From: an uncultured Nitrospirota bacterium
Lineage (GTDB): Bacteria > Nitrospirota > Nitrospiria > JACRHA01
Reading direction: 5' to 3'
Length of the DNA: 64,000 nucleotides
Assembly (NCBI GenBank): GCA_964481895.1
Contig: CAYZUL010000005.1
Location: 942-64,941, forward strand
The position numbers and the translations under genes were made by a program. A model generated the notes under the pieces. It was not told the origin of the DNA and did no database searches. It saw nothing but the letters and a program-made list of their open reading frames with translations. Numbering within the stretch: the stretch's first letter is position 1; every line of letters begins with the position of its first letter. Shown here one piece after another: positions 20,101 to 28,441 of this stretch.

Positions 20101-20219
20101 GGATCTATAAGAAATCAGAACATAAGAACCTGCCAAAGAGGAGGACATTGCCGATCTATGTCGGGATGATATTGTTCTTTGCGGTCATCTATATGGTATC
20201 GTTCCTTGGTATGTCATAA
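17109..20219 (+). CDS. Unusual fusion: cNMP-binding + GAF + sigma54-interaction AAA+ domain (degenerate GAFTGA, no HTH) + NapH/CcoG-like membrane polyferredoxin
   Basis: Single 1036-aa ORF. A CAP-type cNMP-binding domain sits at aa 20-140 and a GAF domain at aa 170-320. The AAA+ domain has Walker A GEEGTGKH, but the loop where GAFTGA is expected reads DPSSGE. The last ~430 aa have about 8 TM helices with two NapH-type CxxCP/CxxxCP motifs (CAVCP, CRYLCP) and 4Fe-4S motifs (CTLCGSCVRAC; CLSQCTTHEC). Confidence 0.8.
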   Translation: MDNMDNKEQYKSFLKEHYPFNLIPDQIVNDLISCIKEEHYGTGQTIYRKGEDGGIFSIIRTGEVYELITDKNGEEIIVSLLREGNCFGAISVLTGEPHSVTTRAKGDVELFVIERGDLEALLSRHPSLNKYLTRILTEKIRNLFLFFETEGIRVFEKARSIDEKEREISFLNRITNLIGSKEDYEKLLDTIVSEVRGYTGADVCSVYLLDPITNELILEAADGVGEGMVRKIKMDLSQGITGWVIRNSEPVAVYDIHKDPRVHIISDIQEDRLKSLLSLPLVIRGKSIGALNLANVNYRDYSYNDIQSMGIIANHIAMAISNFRLRKRIFAATGVSSSRLGGLDHFVGETSYVRGINRFIDLNAQYDGHVLLKGEEGTGKHLLASLIHRRSRRAKGAFITVDCESIRKESWGEELFGDDRDPSSGEISFGFLELAHGGTILLRNIESLNQANQIAIYKFLNDGRFVRVHGHDTIYSNTRVIATVNGDTKTDDRIDLNKELYDLLSANSFSMVPLRKMRKDIPVLSTHLLKNINDELHKGIMEISGNAMERLLSYDWPGNVLELENVLRRAVILANEGTILSNQIFFGIPRIEKRWEFNLFSIEPIKRFFYTTRLQKGVQVAAIIIMFFVIYSLISHKGTGYSLTNIMLWSFGWFGLFVSAFSIGRIWCAVCPFSSFGEFLKRIKQKKIPIPSDAGKRSEKYLVGLILLVLFAEGITVMPAVPFYTGLLILFILIGAIVSSILYDKRVWCRYLCPLGGLLGIYSLASFVTIKANRKLCLSQCTTHECYLGRDGMEGCPMLLHPYGVENSQNCTLCGSCVRACGHNSLRLSLHLPTTGVEDIDIFSLPFSFLASALAGILLVENGSILSRTSSLFRYINDIIKIDPNILYAIVFIGVMTLPFLLIISLDLLMNRWSKEGIKEYLANLPYSFMPLALLGHIALYGKELILDLPKIGNIVMERIGITMIFPPVGVKGQTWVEILQVLLVVFGAAESIYLLFRIYKKSEHKNLPKRRTLPIYVGMILFFAVIYMVSFLGMS

Positions 20220-20239
20220 TAAGACAGACTTCGTGAGAA

Positions 20240-20641
20240 TTATATGGGAACGACAGAAGGTTCCATATGCCGCCTCATGAAATATTCCCAGTCCTGATAT
20301 CTCCCCAGAACTCTTCCTTCAAAAACAATTCGTGATTCTTCATCTTTATTTAAAATAAGCATACCTTTACTTATGATCTCAAAGCCTAAAAGCGGGTTAT
20401 CAAGGCTATTTAATACAATAGTCTCTACAGAATCTGTCTTTAGGATGACAGAGATCTCATTCTCTATTTTGAATTTTTGCCAGATGGGATTTTTCTCAAG
20501 AAGTTCATCCCTGATATAGATGGCAATATCCCAATCGCTCATTTCAGATACCTTTCCGCTGACCCTGGAACCGAAGAGGTATGCAAAAGAAACCAGCGGG
20601 TCCTTGAAAAGGATAGATTTAATGGCCTCAATTTCAGTCAT
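20240..20641 (-). CDS. mntA: Minimal nucleotidyltransferase (MntA-type antitoxin)
   Basis: 133 aa; pol-beta NTase motif FGSRVSGKVSEMSDWDIAIY (GS...DxD); ATGA overlap with the upstream HEPN gene. Confidence 0.7.
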   Translation of the reverse strand: MTEIEAIKSILFKDPLVSFAYLFGSRVSGKVSEMSDWDIAIYIRDELLEKNPIWQKFKIENEISVILKTDSVETIVLNSLDNPLLGFEIISKGMLILNKDEESRIVFEGRVLGRYQDWEYFMRRHMEPSVVPI

Positions 20642-21045
20642 CCCTTCTCCTCTATCAGACGTAAAAACCTTTCCACGTCAGCCAGCTTAATATTTAAGAA
20701 GTCCTCAAGGGTGGGGATAGTTTCCTTGAGGTACTCATGGGCCAGGAAATTTCTTAGACCAGCAATGTAAACAAAATTATAAGCAAAATCTTCAGGAATA
20801 ATCTTAAACTCTCCCAAATCATGTATAGCCTCTCTATATGTGGCTGGCTTTGGAAAACCACGTTTTACAATAATAAGGTCGGCAATATCCAATACCATCT
20901 CGGCACATAAGAAAACTGACCTTTCCACTATTTTCCTGTTATCAATAGAGCTCCTTATTCCCTTAAGGAATCTATCCCTATTTGCTTTTAAATAGAGTAC
21001 CTCCTCTTTAAGTCTTTGAACCTTTTGAAATAAAACATTACCCAT
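20638..21045 (-). CDS. hepT: HepT-type HEPN toxin (DUF86)
   Basis: Rx4HxY motif RNFLAHEY. Start trimmed to the internal ATG at 21045, which has an upstream GGGAGAAGG RBS; the track ORF extends to 21153 through an AT-rich, non-coding-looking stretch. Confidence 0.7.
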   Translation of the reverse strand: MGNVLFQKVQRLKEEVLYLKANRDRFLKGIRSSIDNRKIVERSVFLCAEMVLDIADLIIVKRGFPKPATYREAIHDLGEFKIIPEDFAYNFVYIAGLRNFLAHEYLKETIPTLEDFLNIKLADVERFLRLIEEKG

Positions 21046-21238
21046 AATAGAAGCCTTCTCCCTAGTATCTCTTCTTCGTATACTTAGGAAAGATGATAGC
21101 AGAATGGAAAAGGATAAAACAAGATAAAATTTGTTAATTGTCTCGCTCAGCAACGGATGGCAAATCAGTAATGATTTTCTCTATCTTCCCCTCACAGTTA
21201 TGACAAATCATGATATCCACATTTCGACAAAAACCTTC

Positions 21239-22216
21239 TTATAAATAGCACACCCTCTTCACCGCCTCGATAACACGCTCCTTGCTGGGGAGAATGGCCT
21301 GTTCTAAGTTCCTTGCATAAGGCATGGGAAGGTCAAGGCTTGTAACCCGCTCAACGGGTGCATCGAGATCGGAAAAGGCATTATCATAGATAATATTGGC
21401 TATCTCCGCCCCAACACCTCCAAAGCGCCATCCCTCCTGAACAATTACTGCCCTCCCAGTCTTCTTTACAGAATCAACTATGGTCTTTACATCAAGCGGC
21501 CTTATGGTCCTTGGGTCTACTACCTCTGCATCTATGCCCAGAGTTTCAAGCTCCTTTGCTGCATCCAATGCCAGGTGGAGCATCTTGGAGTATGCAATTA
21601 TCGTTATGTCCTTTCCTTTGCGTTTTACATCGGCAACACCGATCGGGACAATATATTCTTCTTCGGGGACCTCGCCCTTGAGGCCATACATAAGCTCCGC
21701 CTCGATAAATATAACGGGATTATCATCCCGGATGGCGCTTTTTAAGAGCCCCTTTGCATCATAAGGCGTAGAGGGGATTATCACCTTTAGGCCGGGGATA
21801 TGGGCAAAGTATATCTCGAGGGACTGGGAGTGCTGGGCGCCAAGCATATGTGCTGCCCCTCCAGGTCCCCTGATTACCATCGGGACTTTAAATTGCCCGC
21901 CTGACATATACCTTATCTTTGCGGCATTGTTTAAGATCTGATCCAGCGCAAGGATGGAGAAGTTAAAGGTCATCACCTCAATGATCGGCCTTAGCCCAAC
22001 CATGGCCGCCCCGATGCCGACACCTACAAAGCCGAGTTCAGTTATAGGCGTATCTACCACCCGCGTGGTGCCAAATTCCTCAAGGAGGTTTTTGCTTACC
22101 TTGTAGGCCCCCTGGTAGAAGCCTACCTCCTCACCGATGAGGAATACATGCTCATCCCGACGCATCTCCTCCCTCATCGCCTGATTTAGGGCCTCTCTAA
22201 GGTTTATCAAAGGCAT
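21239..22216 (-). CDS. pdhB: 2-oxoacid (pyruvate/acetoin) dehydrogenase E1 component beta subunit
   Basis: 325 aa; transketolase-like E1-beta sequence (VFLIGEEVG...YKVSKNL..FG..RVVDTPI.E.GF.G.GIGAA). Confidence 0.85.
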   Translation of the reverse strand: MPLINLREALNQAMREEMRRDEHVFLIGEEVGFYQGAYKVSKNLLEEFGTTRVVDTPITELGFVGVGIGAAMVGLRPIIEVMTFNFSILALDQILNNAAKIRYMSGGQFKVPMVIRGPGGAAHMLGAQHSQSLEIYFAHIPGLKVIIPSTPYDAKGLLKSAIRDDNPVIFIEAELMYGLKGEVPEEEYIVPIGVADVKRKGKDITIIAYSKMLHLALDAAKELETLGIDAEVVDPRTIRPLDVKTIVDSVKKTGRAVIVQEGWRFGGVGAEIANIIYDNAFSDLDAPVERVTSLDLPMPYARNLEQAILPSKERVIEAVKRVCYL

Positions 22217-22225
22217 GAATAGTCC

Positions 22226-23218
22226 TTAAACGTATAGGTCATCATATACTGATTCAATAGGAGGGAATGGAGATGAGTCTGCAAATGCGACCGCCTCGGC
22301 CACAATCTTCTCGATCTCGACTCCAATGGCCTTGACCATATTATCATCCAGCAGGCCTTCAGATCTCAGCCTCTCCTGGATAAAATTGATCGGATCAGAT
22401 TTCTTCTGCTCTGTCAGCTCTTCCCTTGTCCTGTAATGCCCATGGGCAGGATCAGCCATAGAGTGCCCCATAAACCTATAGGTCCTGATCTCAATAAATG
22501 TGGGAAGGCTCTTCTCCCGCGCCCTGTCCACGGCCTTCTTGACATGCTCCCTGACCTCGTTGAAATCGGCCCCATCTATGTGTTCGTGTTCCATGTCGTA
22601 TGCAGAGCCCCTTTGTGAGATGTCGTATATGGCAGACGCCCTCTCAATTGGTGTGCCCATGCCATAACGGTTATTCTCGCATATGAATATCACGGGAAGT
22701 TTCCAGAGGGCCGCCATGTTGAGCGACTCATGGAATGCCCCCGCATTTACCGCCCCCTCGCCAAAGAAACAGAGGCAGACCTTGTCTTCCTTGCGATACT
22801 TAATCGCAAAACCCACGCCTGTTGCCAGGGGTATATGCCCACCGACAATTGCAAAACCTCCAAGGAGGTTTTTCTCCTTATTAAAGAGGTGCATAGAGCC
22901 GCCTTTTCCCTTGCAGATACCTGTTGCCTTGCCAAAGAGCTCCGCCATCACCAGTTTCGGGTCTGTCCCTATAGCCAGGGCATGGCCATGATCCCTGTAT
23001 GCAGTGATCACATAGTCGTCCTTCCTTATGGCTGCCAACGCCCCAACAGCAACTGCCTCCTGGCCTATATAGAGGTGACAAAAACCTCCAATCTTGCCAA
23101 GGGTATACATCTCCGCCGCCTTCTCCTCAAAGCGCCTGATAAGGAGCATGTCCTTGTAGTATTTTATTAGTGTGTCATTATCCATATTTGGCTTAGGTAT
23201 TAAGCACAAGATCGCCAT
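22226..23218 (-). CDS. pdhA: 2-oxoacid dehydrogenase E1 component alpha subunit (TPP-binding)
   Basis: 330 aa; YRDHGHALA and GKGGSMH motifs. The start is ambiguous (23218 or 23185); 23218 overlaps the leuD end by 26 nt. No E2/E3 genes are adjacent. Confidence 0.8.
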   Translation of the reverse strand: MAILCLIPKPNMDNDTLIKYYKDMLLIRRFEEKAAEMYTLGKIGGFCHLYIGQEAVAVGALAAIRKDDYVITAYRDHGHALAIGTDPKLVMAELFGKATGICKGKGGSMHLFNKEKNLLGGFAIVGGHIPLATGVGFAIKYRKEDKVCLCFFGEGAVNAGAFHESLNMAALWKLPVIFICENNRYGMGTPIERASAIYDISQRGSAYDMEHEHIDGADFNEVREHVKKAVDRAREKSLPTFIEIRTYRFMGHSMADPAHGHYRTREELTEQKKSDPINFIQERLRSEGLLDDNMVKAIGVEIEKIVAEAVAFADSSPFPPIESVYDDLYV

Positions 23219-23696
23219 GATTTTTCAGGTACTCTATCATCCCGCCCTCGTTCAGGATTGTTGTCATAATCGTCGGAAGTGGAGGGAATGTGAAACTAGT
23301 CCCCTTTGTGGCATTAAGCAAGACACCCTTTTGAAGATCAAGCTCCAGGATATCCCCATCATCTATCTTATCTGTATCCACCTCGATCACAGGGAGGCCG
23401 ATATTAATGCAGTTCCTGAAAAAGATCCGGGCAAAGCTCTTTGCAATTACCGCAGATGTCCCGCACAACTTAATTATAATGGCGGCATGCTCCCGGCTGG
23501 ACCCAAGGCCAAAGTTCCTGCTCCCAACTACAAAATCACCCCTCTTTACATTGGGCGCAAAATCGGCCCTTGCATCTTCCAGGGTGTGCTTTGCAAGCTC
23601 AGGCAGATTTGACCTCAGGTGGGCATACCTCCCCGGTGCAATCAGGTCTGTACTGATATTGTCATTAAACTTCCATGCCCTCCCTTTCTGTATCAT
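23193..23696 (-). CDS. leuD: 3-isopropylmalate / (R)-2-methylmalate dehydratase small subunit
   Basis: LeuD-like (MIQKGRAWKFNDNISTDLIAPGRY...). Start moved to the internal ATG at 23696, directly abutting the leuC stop. Confidence 0.8.
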   Translation of the reverse strand: MIQKGRAWKFNDNISTDLIAPGRYAHLRSNLPELAKHTLEDARADFAPNVKRGDFVVGSRNFGLGSSREHAAIIIKLCGTSAVIAKSFARIFFRNCINIGLPVIEVDTDKIDDGDILELDLQKGVLLNATKGTSFTFPPLPTIMTTILNEGGMIEYLKNHGDLVLNT

Positions 23697-24952
23697 ATGA
23701 ACCTCCTTGGATCTGTTATCTTTCCTGTTATCGCAGATATGGCACACACTGCAGGGCTTGCAAGATAGATAAATGAATTGGGGTTCCCCATTCTTCCCTT
23801 AAAATTCCTGTTCATGGTGGAAAGGCACCTCTCGCCGTCTCCCAGTATCCCTGTTTGGGCACCAGGGCAGGCACCGCAACCTGGGCTGTTTACAGCCCCT
23901 CCAGCCTCGACAAATATATCAAGGAGACCGGCCCGCATTGCCTTTTGATATATGTCCTTTGATCCCGGTGTTATGACCAGTCTTGTCCCCTCTTTGACAT
24001 GCCTTCCTTTTAGGATATCGGCAGCTACCTTGAGATCCTCAAACCTGCCATTTGTGCAGGTGCCGATATATACCTGATCGATATTGACGTCGGCGCAGTC
24101 AGGATGCGAGATTGCCCTGACATTATCTACTGTATGGGGAAAGGCGATTATCGGTTCAAGTATTGATGCGTCTATCTCAATCTTTCTTTCGTATACAGCA
24201 TCAGGATCAGGCGCTATCTCTTTATAATCCCCCTCCCTCCCATATTCTGCAAGATAGGCCTTTGTTTTAATATCTGAAGGGAATATCCCGCATTTTGCCC
24301 CTGCCTCGATGGCCATATTTGCCAAAACCAGCCTCTCATGCATCGGGAGATTCTCTGTTGTCTCGCCTACAAATTCCAAGGACTTATAAGACGCTCCGTC
24401 AGCGCCGATCTTACCGATGAGATACAGCATCAGGTCCTTGGCATAGACACCTTTCTGGAGCTTACCCTTAACCTCTACCTTGATAGCATCAGGTACCTTA
24501 AGCCATGTCTTGCCGAACGCTATCGCAACCGCAACATCCGTGGAGCCCATCCCCGTTGCAAGGGCGCCAAATGCGCCACCCATACATGTATGTGAATCCG
24601 CTCCGATTATAAGGTCCCATGGCCTTGCAAGCTTCTCTGCAACAATTACATGGCATACGCCTGATCCGACATCAAAGAGTTTACATCCTGTATTCCTGGC
24701 AAACTCCCTTAATCCTATATGGGATGTAGCTATCTCCTTGGCTGAGCTTGGGGAGGAGTGGTCAATGAATATGGCAACCCTGTCCGGATGCTTTAGCTCC
24801 TTGAAACCCATCTCCCTGATCTGGCTTATCGCAAGAGGGCCTGTCCAGTCCTGGACATAAGCGAGATCAACATCAACAATCGCGAGCTCACCCGCCACAA
24901 CCTCCTTGCCGGCATGTCTTCCAATGATCTTCTCCACCATCGTCTTACCCAT
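23693..24952 (-). CDS. leuC: 3-isopropylmalate dehydratase large subunit (archaeal-type, 419 aa)
   Basis: Aconitase-family sequence with the Fe-S cysteine ligands (CTNGR, GCGAC). Confidence 0.85.
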   Translation of the reverse strand: MGKTMVEKIIGRHAGKEVVAGELAIVDVDLAYVQDWTGPLAISQIREMGFKELKHPDRVAIFIDHSSPSSAKEIATSHIGLREFARNTGCKLFDVGSGVCHVIVAEKLARPWDLIIGADSHTCMGGAFGALATGMGSTDVAVAIAFGKTWLKVPDAIKVEVKGKLQKGVYAKDLMLYLIGKIGADGASYKSLEFVGETTENLPMHERLVLANMAIEAGAKCGIFPSDIKTKAYLAEYGREGDYKEIAPDPDAVYERKIEIDASILEPIIAFPHTVDNVRAISHPDCADVNIDQVYIGTCTNGRFEDLKVAADILKGRHVKEGTRLVITPGSKDIYQKAMRAGLLDIFVEAGGAVNSPGCGACPGAQTGILGDGERCLSTMNRNFKGRMGNPNSFIYLASPAVCAISAITGKITDPRRFI

Positions 24953-24960
24953 TTACCCTC

Positions 24961-25806
24961 CTAGTTCGCAAGTCCCCTTAATGTTTTGAGATTAACTACA
25001 TCTTCCTGCATATCTTCACCCTTCGGCGTCTCAAGCACTTTTGGTATATCAGAAAACCTCCCGTCATTCATAATCAGTCTGAACCCCTCTCTGCCTATGA
25101 ATCCCTCCCCTATATGCTGGTGCCTGTCTACCCTGCTTGAATATGCCTTCAAGGAATCGTTCAGGTGGAAAAGCTTAATCTTTTTAATCCCGATAATTTG
25201 ATCAAACTCATCAAAGGTCTTATTATATGCCCCTTTGTCTCTTATATCATATCCTGCGGCGAATATATGGCATGTATCAAGGCAGATGCCTATGCTTTCC
25301 GGGACATTCAACTGATCTATTAAACTCCTGATCTGCTCAAATCGATAACCAAGACCCGTTCCCTGGCCGGCAGTGGTCTCGATCAGTATCATCATCTTAA
25401 AGCCTGTTGTCCTTTCATGAAGGATATTAAGGGCCCTGGCTATCTTCTTAATGCCTGTCTCCTCACCGGAGTCCTTATGCGAACCAGGATGGGTTACAAG
25501 GTATGGGATGCCTAATGTCTCGGTCCTGACCATCTCCTGATGGAAGGCCTCAATAGATTTTTCCCATAACGTCTCATCCGGCGATGCGAGATTAATCAGG
25601 TAGGAATCATGTACCGCTATAGCCTCTACCCCTGTCTTGTCTCGAGTTTCTTTGAAAAGCGCAGCCTCTTCTTCTTTTATAATCCTCTCTTTCCACTGGG
25701 TAGAGTTCTTTGTGAAGAGCTGTATTACATCACATCCAACTGCCTTGCCTCTTTCAAGGGAAAGATGCAGACCTCCTGATATCGACATATGGGCGCCTAA
25801 CCTCAT
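24961..25806 (-). CDS. nfo: Endonuclease IV (apurinic/apyrimidinic endonuclease)
   Basis: 281 aa; MRLGAHMSISGGL..., a TIM-barrel AP endonuclease 2 sequence with conserved His/Glu/Asp metal ligands. Confidence 0.85.
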   Translation of the reverse strand: MRLGAHMSISGGLHLSLERGKAVGCDVIQLFTKNSTQWKERIIKEEEAALFKETRDKTGVEAIAVHDSYLINLASPDETLWEKSIEAFHQEMVRTETLGIPYLVTHPGSHKDSGEETGIKKIARALNILHERTTGFKMMILIETTAGQGTGLGYRFEQIRSLIDQLNVPESIGICLDTCHIFAAGYDIRDKGAYNKTFDEFDQIIGIKKIKLFHLNDSLKAYSSRVDRHQHIGEGFIGREGFRLIMNDGRFSDIPKVLETPKGEDMQEDVVNLKTLRGLAN

Positions 25807-25809
25807 ACA

Positions 25810-26358
25810 TTACTCCATCGACTCCATTGTAAACTCAGGAAAATCGCACCAGTACCCTGAATTGCTCAATGAGTCATATTCTGCGTTTAGGATGGTGAGA
25901 TGCTTTCCCTCCATCTCCACAAGTTTGGAATAGAGGATCTTTCCCTGCGGATCACTGGTCTTCATGCCTGCATCTCTATAAAATACCTGTGCCTCTTCTT
26001 CCTGGCTTATAGCCAGCCTCAATGCGCCAATATCATCTGTATCTTTGCCTATCTGGTTATGTCCTTTTTTATGTTTTTTAACTGGTTTAGTGAAGACCTC
26101 CTTCTGTCTTTTTATCTCTTGCGGATCGACCCCCTTTAATATCTCGTTGTATGGGATCCAGCCTCCTTTTTCCTTCAACGAATTGTATTGGGCGATAAGA
26201 AGGTTGGCATGCCTTGTCTCATCTTTGGCAAGCTGGCTAAAGAGGGCCTTCCCCTTTATATTTTTTGTCCTTTTTCCCGTCCTTTCGTAAAAATCGTGGC
26301 CTTCGATCTCGAACTGTATCGCCTTCGCTAGGATCTCAATAGATGTTCCCTTGTCCAT
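25810..26358 (-). CDS. Ferritin-like diiron protein (rubrerythrin family, no rubredoxin domain)
   Basis: 182 aa; two E...ExxH half-sites (EIEGHDFY..DETRH and EEEAQVFY..EMEGKH). Confidence 0.55.
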   Translation of the reverse strand: MDKGTSIEILAKAIQFEIEGHDFYERTGKRTKNIKGKALFSQLAKDETRHANLLIAQYNSLKEKGGWIPYNEILKGVDPQEIKRQKEVFTKPVKKHKKGHNQIGKDTDDIGALRLAISQEEEAQVFYRDAGMKTSDPQGKILYSKLVEMEGKHLTILNAEYDSLSNSGYWCDFPEFTMESME

Positions 26359-26505
26359 AACTCTCCATTCTTAATATTTTAGCATACATGTGAATATCCT
26401 TTAAGACCTTATTAATTCTAGGAAAACTGCCTTAAAAAAATTATATTTCAAGATCATGCAGGGAGTCAAAGATAATTTTTAAGGATGGTTGGATAGGATG
26501 TTATA

Positions 26506-26997
26506 TTACTCCTGCTTAGGTTTCACTCTCCGCTGCTCTGTCTCGATCTCAAGCTGTTGAAGCCTTAAGAGGCTCTCTTCCAATTGTTTTGTCTTGGCCT
26601 GCTCGTCGATGAGCTGCTGCTTTTGTGCAAGCAGCGACGAAAGAAGAGAGATCATGTTTTCCGACTCCCTGCGGTATGGTGACTTCGGGTATCTGGATGC
26701 TGCCTTCTGGTACTCCTTCAGTGATGCGGCATAATCCTGTTGGGGATTTTTATAATAACATAAGGTGAAGGCCAGGAGGTACTGCGCTTCTGCTGCCTCT
26801 GGTTCGGGTGGCGTCTCTTTCAGGATCTTCCTGTAAGCTTCGGCAGCCTCAGAATATTTTCCTGACTTAAAAAGTGACTCTGCCTGTTCAAGTGCAGGGC
26901 CTCGTACGTCTATGCGTATGGCAGGGAAGTTATTGCAGCCCGAGACAATAGAAAAGACAAGAAGTAAGACTGACGCACATTTAGTTGTCTTTGTCAT
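26506..26997 (-). CDS. TPR-like lipoprotein
   Basis: Lipobox FSIVSGC after the signal peptide; helical TPR-like N-terminal half and a coiled-coil C-terminus; 17-nt overlap with the upstream GGDEF gene. Confidence 0.5.
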   Translation of the reverse strand: MTKTTKCASVLLLVFSIVSGCNNFPAIRIDVRGPALEQAESLFKSGKYSEAAEAYRKILKETPPEPEAAEAQYLLAFTLCYYKNPQQDYAASLKEYQKAASRYPKSPYRRESENMISLLSSLLAQKQQLIDEQAKTKQLEESLLRLQQLEIETEQRRVKPKQE

Positions 26998-28342
26998 CTT
27001 GGGGCCCCTTATGGACTACATAGGCGCTCCGGTGAAGGCTCTTGGCATATTGCTTGAGTTGTGCAGCGATCACTGCTACTTCTGACGGTTCGCGGAGAGG
27101 GGTCTGCTCGTTGGTTATCACTGCTATTGAGATCGTCATGATAGGGAAGGAATCCACATTATCCTTCCTGTCTTTTGAGATGATGTATCCCCTTCCCCTG
27201 TCTTCTTCATCGTAATAAGAGGGGATTGCCTGATCAAACTCCTTTATCACCCTTTCGCTCAATGTCTGGATATATCGGGGCTCGGTGATCAGAACAAAGT
27301 CATCCCCGCCAATGTGACCCACGAAATCATCCGGATTGCCGAATATCTGTACAGCCTCTACCAGTATCTGCGAGACTAACATGATGACTTCGCTTCCTTT
27401 TGAAAAACCATAGCGGTCCCCAAAGGCCTTGAAGTCTTTAAGGTCTATGTAGCAAAAGGCGAAGATGTCCTGACCCCGGAGCCTTTTTATGAGCTCGCGT
27501 TCCACGGCAATGGTTCCGGGAAGCTGCGTAAGGGGATTAGCGTCAAGCTTCATCTCTCCTATTTCTTTGAGCTGTTTGGTCATCCATCGGATCGAATCGC
27601 CAAGGCTCCTTGTAACATAATCGGTCTCCAAAGGAGGAAGACGGTCAAATTCGCCTTGCCCGATTCTTCTCGTAGCCTCACTTAGCTGTTGGACAGAACG
27701 GCTGATCCTGTGGGCGGCAAAGGATGCAAAACCAAGACCAAGGGCAAGACTGGCAAGGGAGATTATGAGGGCAATCTTCCAGCTCTCTTCGCTCCTGCGG
27801 TTTGTGAGCATGAGCTTCTGTTGTTGATCATCCCTGGCCTGCTGTTCCAGTTGGCGGAGAAGCCGGAGCTGTTCATCCATATTCATCTGAAGCGGGGCAC
27901 TTAAGGATTCTGTAAATGCGAGCCCCCCTTTTTTAAGGGTGGTTAATGCCAACTCCTGTTTAAAGATATTATTGTACTCATCATGAAGCCGTGTCAGCCT
28001 TTCCCTGAGGTGAGTGTAGCCGCCTTTTATGAAGGCAGGGTTGGAGATCTGCTGTTCAAATTCTGTGCTGCGGCCCCAGAAAAGAGTCTCCGTGTAATTA
28101 TCTTTTAAGATCGCATATTTCCTTGCATATATGTCCTGGGCTGTCAGGGTCTCGATCATGGCATGTGACGCCTCTATCAGAGGGAGATCGACCTCCACTA
28201 TCCCCTTATTTATCTGTCTTAGCTCATTGAGACTGATAATGGCATATACGCCAACAAAGACAGTAAGGGCCACCATGATTAGATATCCGAGAAAAAGCCT
28301 TTGGGTAAGGGTGGGTTTATTTCTAGATTGTTTTGAACCCAT
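26981..28342 (-). CDS. Membrane sensor protein with HAMP-like linker and GGDEF domain (variant motif GGDDF)
   Basis: 453 aa; two TM helices flank a periplasmic region; the GGDEF-domain block reads PLTQLPG...DLKDFKAFGDRYGFSKGSEV...HIGGDDFVLI. Confidence 0.7.
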   Translation of the reverse strand: MGSKQSRNKPTLTQRLFLGYLIMVALTVFVGVYAIISLNELRQINKGIVEVDLPLIEASHAMIETLTAQDIYARKYAILKDNYTETLFWGRSTEFEQQISNPAFIKGGYTHLRERLTRLHDEYNNIFKQELALTTLKKGGLAFTESLSAPLQMNMDEQLRLLRQLEQQARDDQQQKLMLTNRRSEESWKIALIISLASLALGLGFASFAAHRISRSVQQLSEATRRIGQGEFDRLPPLETDYVTRSLGDSIRWMTKQLKEIGEMKLDANPLTQLPGTIAVERELIKRLRGQDIFAFCYIDLKDFKAFGDRYGFSKGSEVIMLVSQILVEAVQIFGNPDDFVGHIGGDDFVLITEPRYIQTLSERVIKEFDQAIPSYYDEEDRGRGYIISKDRKDNVDSFPIMTISIAVITNEQTPLREPSEVAVIAAQLKQYAKSLHRSAYVVHKGPQDDKDN

Positions 28343-28441
28343 GTCAGCCTGAACTCTATCAGGAACGGTTTTGGGTTGTCAATAAAAGGAGCTGCTTGAT
28401 CTCCTTGACTATATCTACCTAAGATCATAAGATATATTAAA

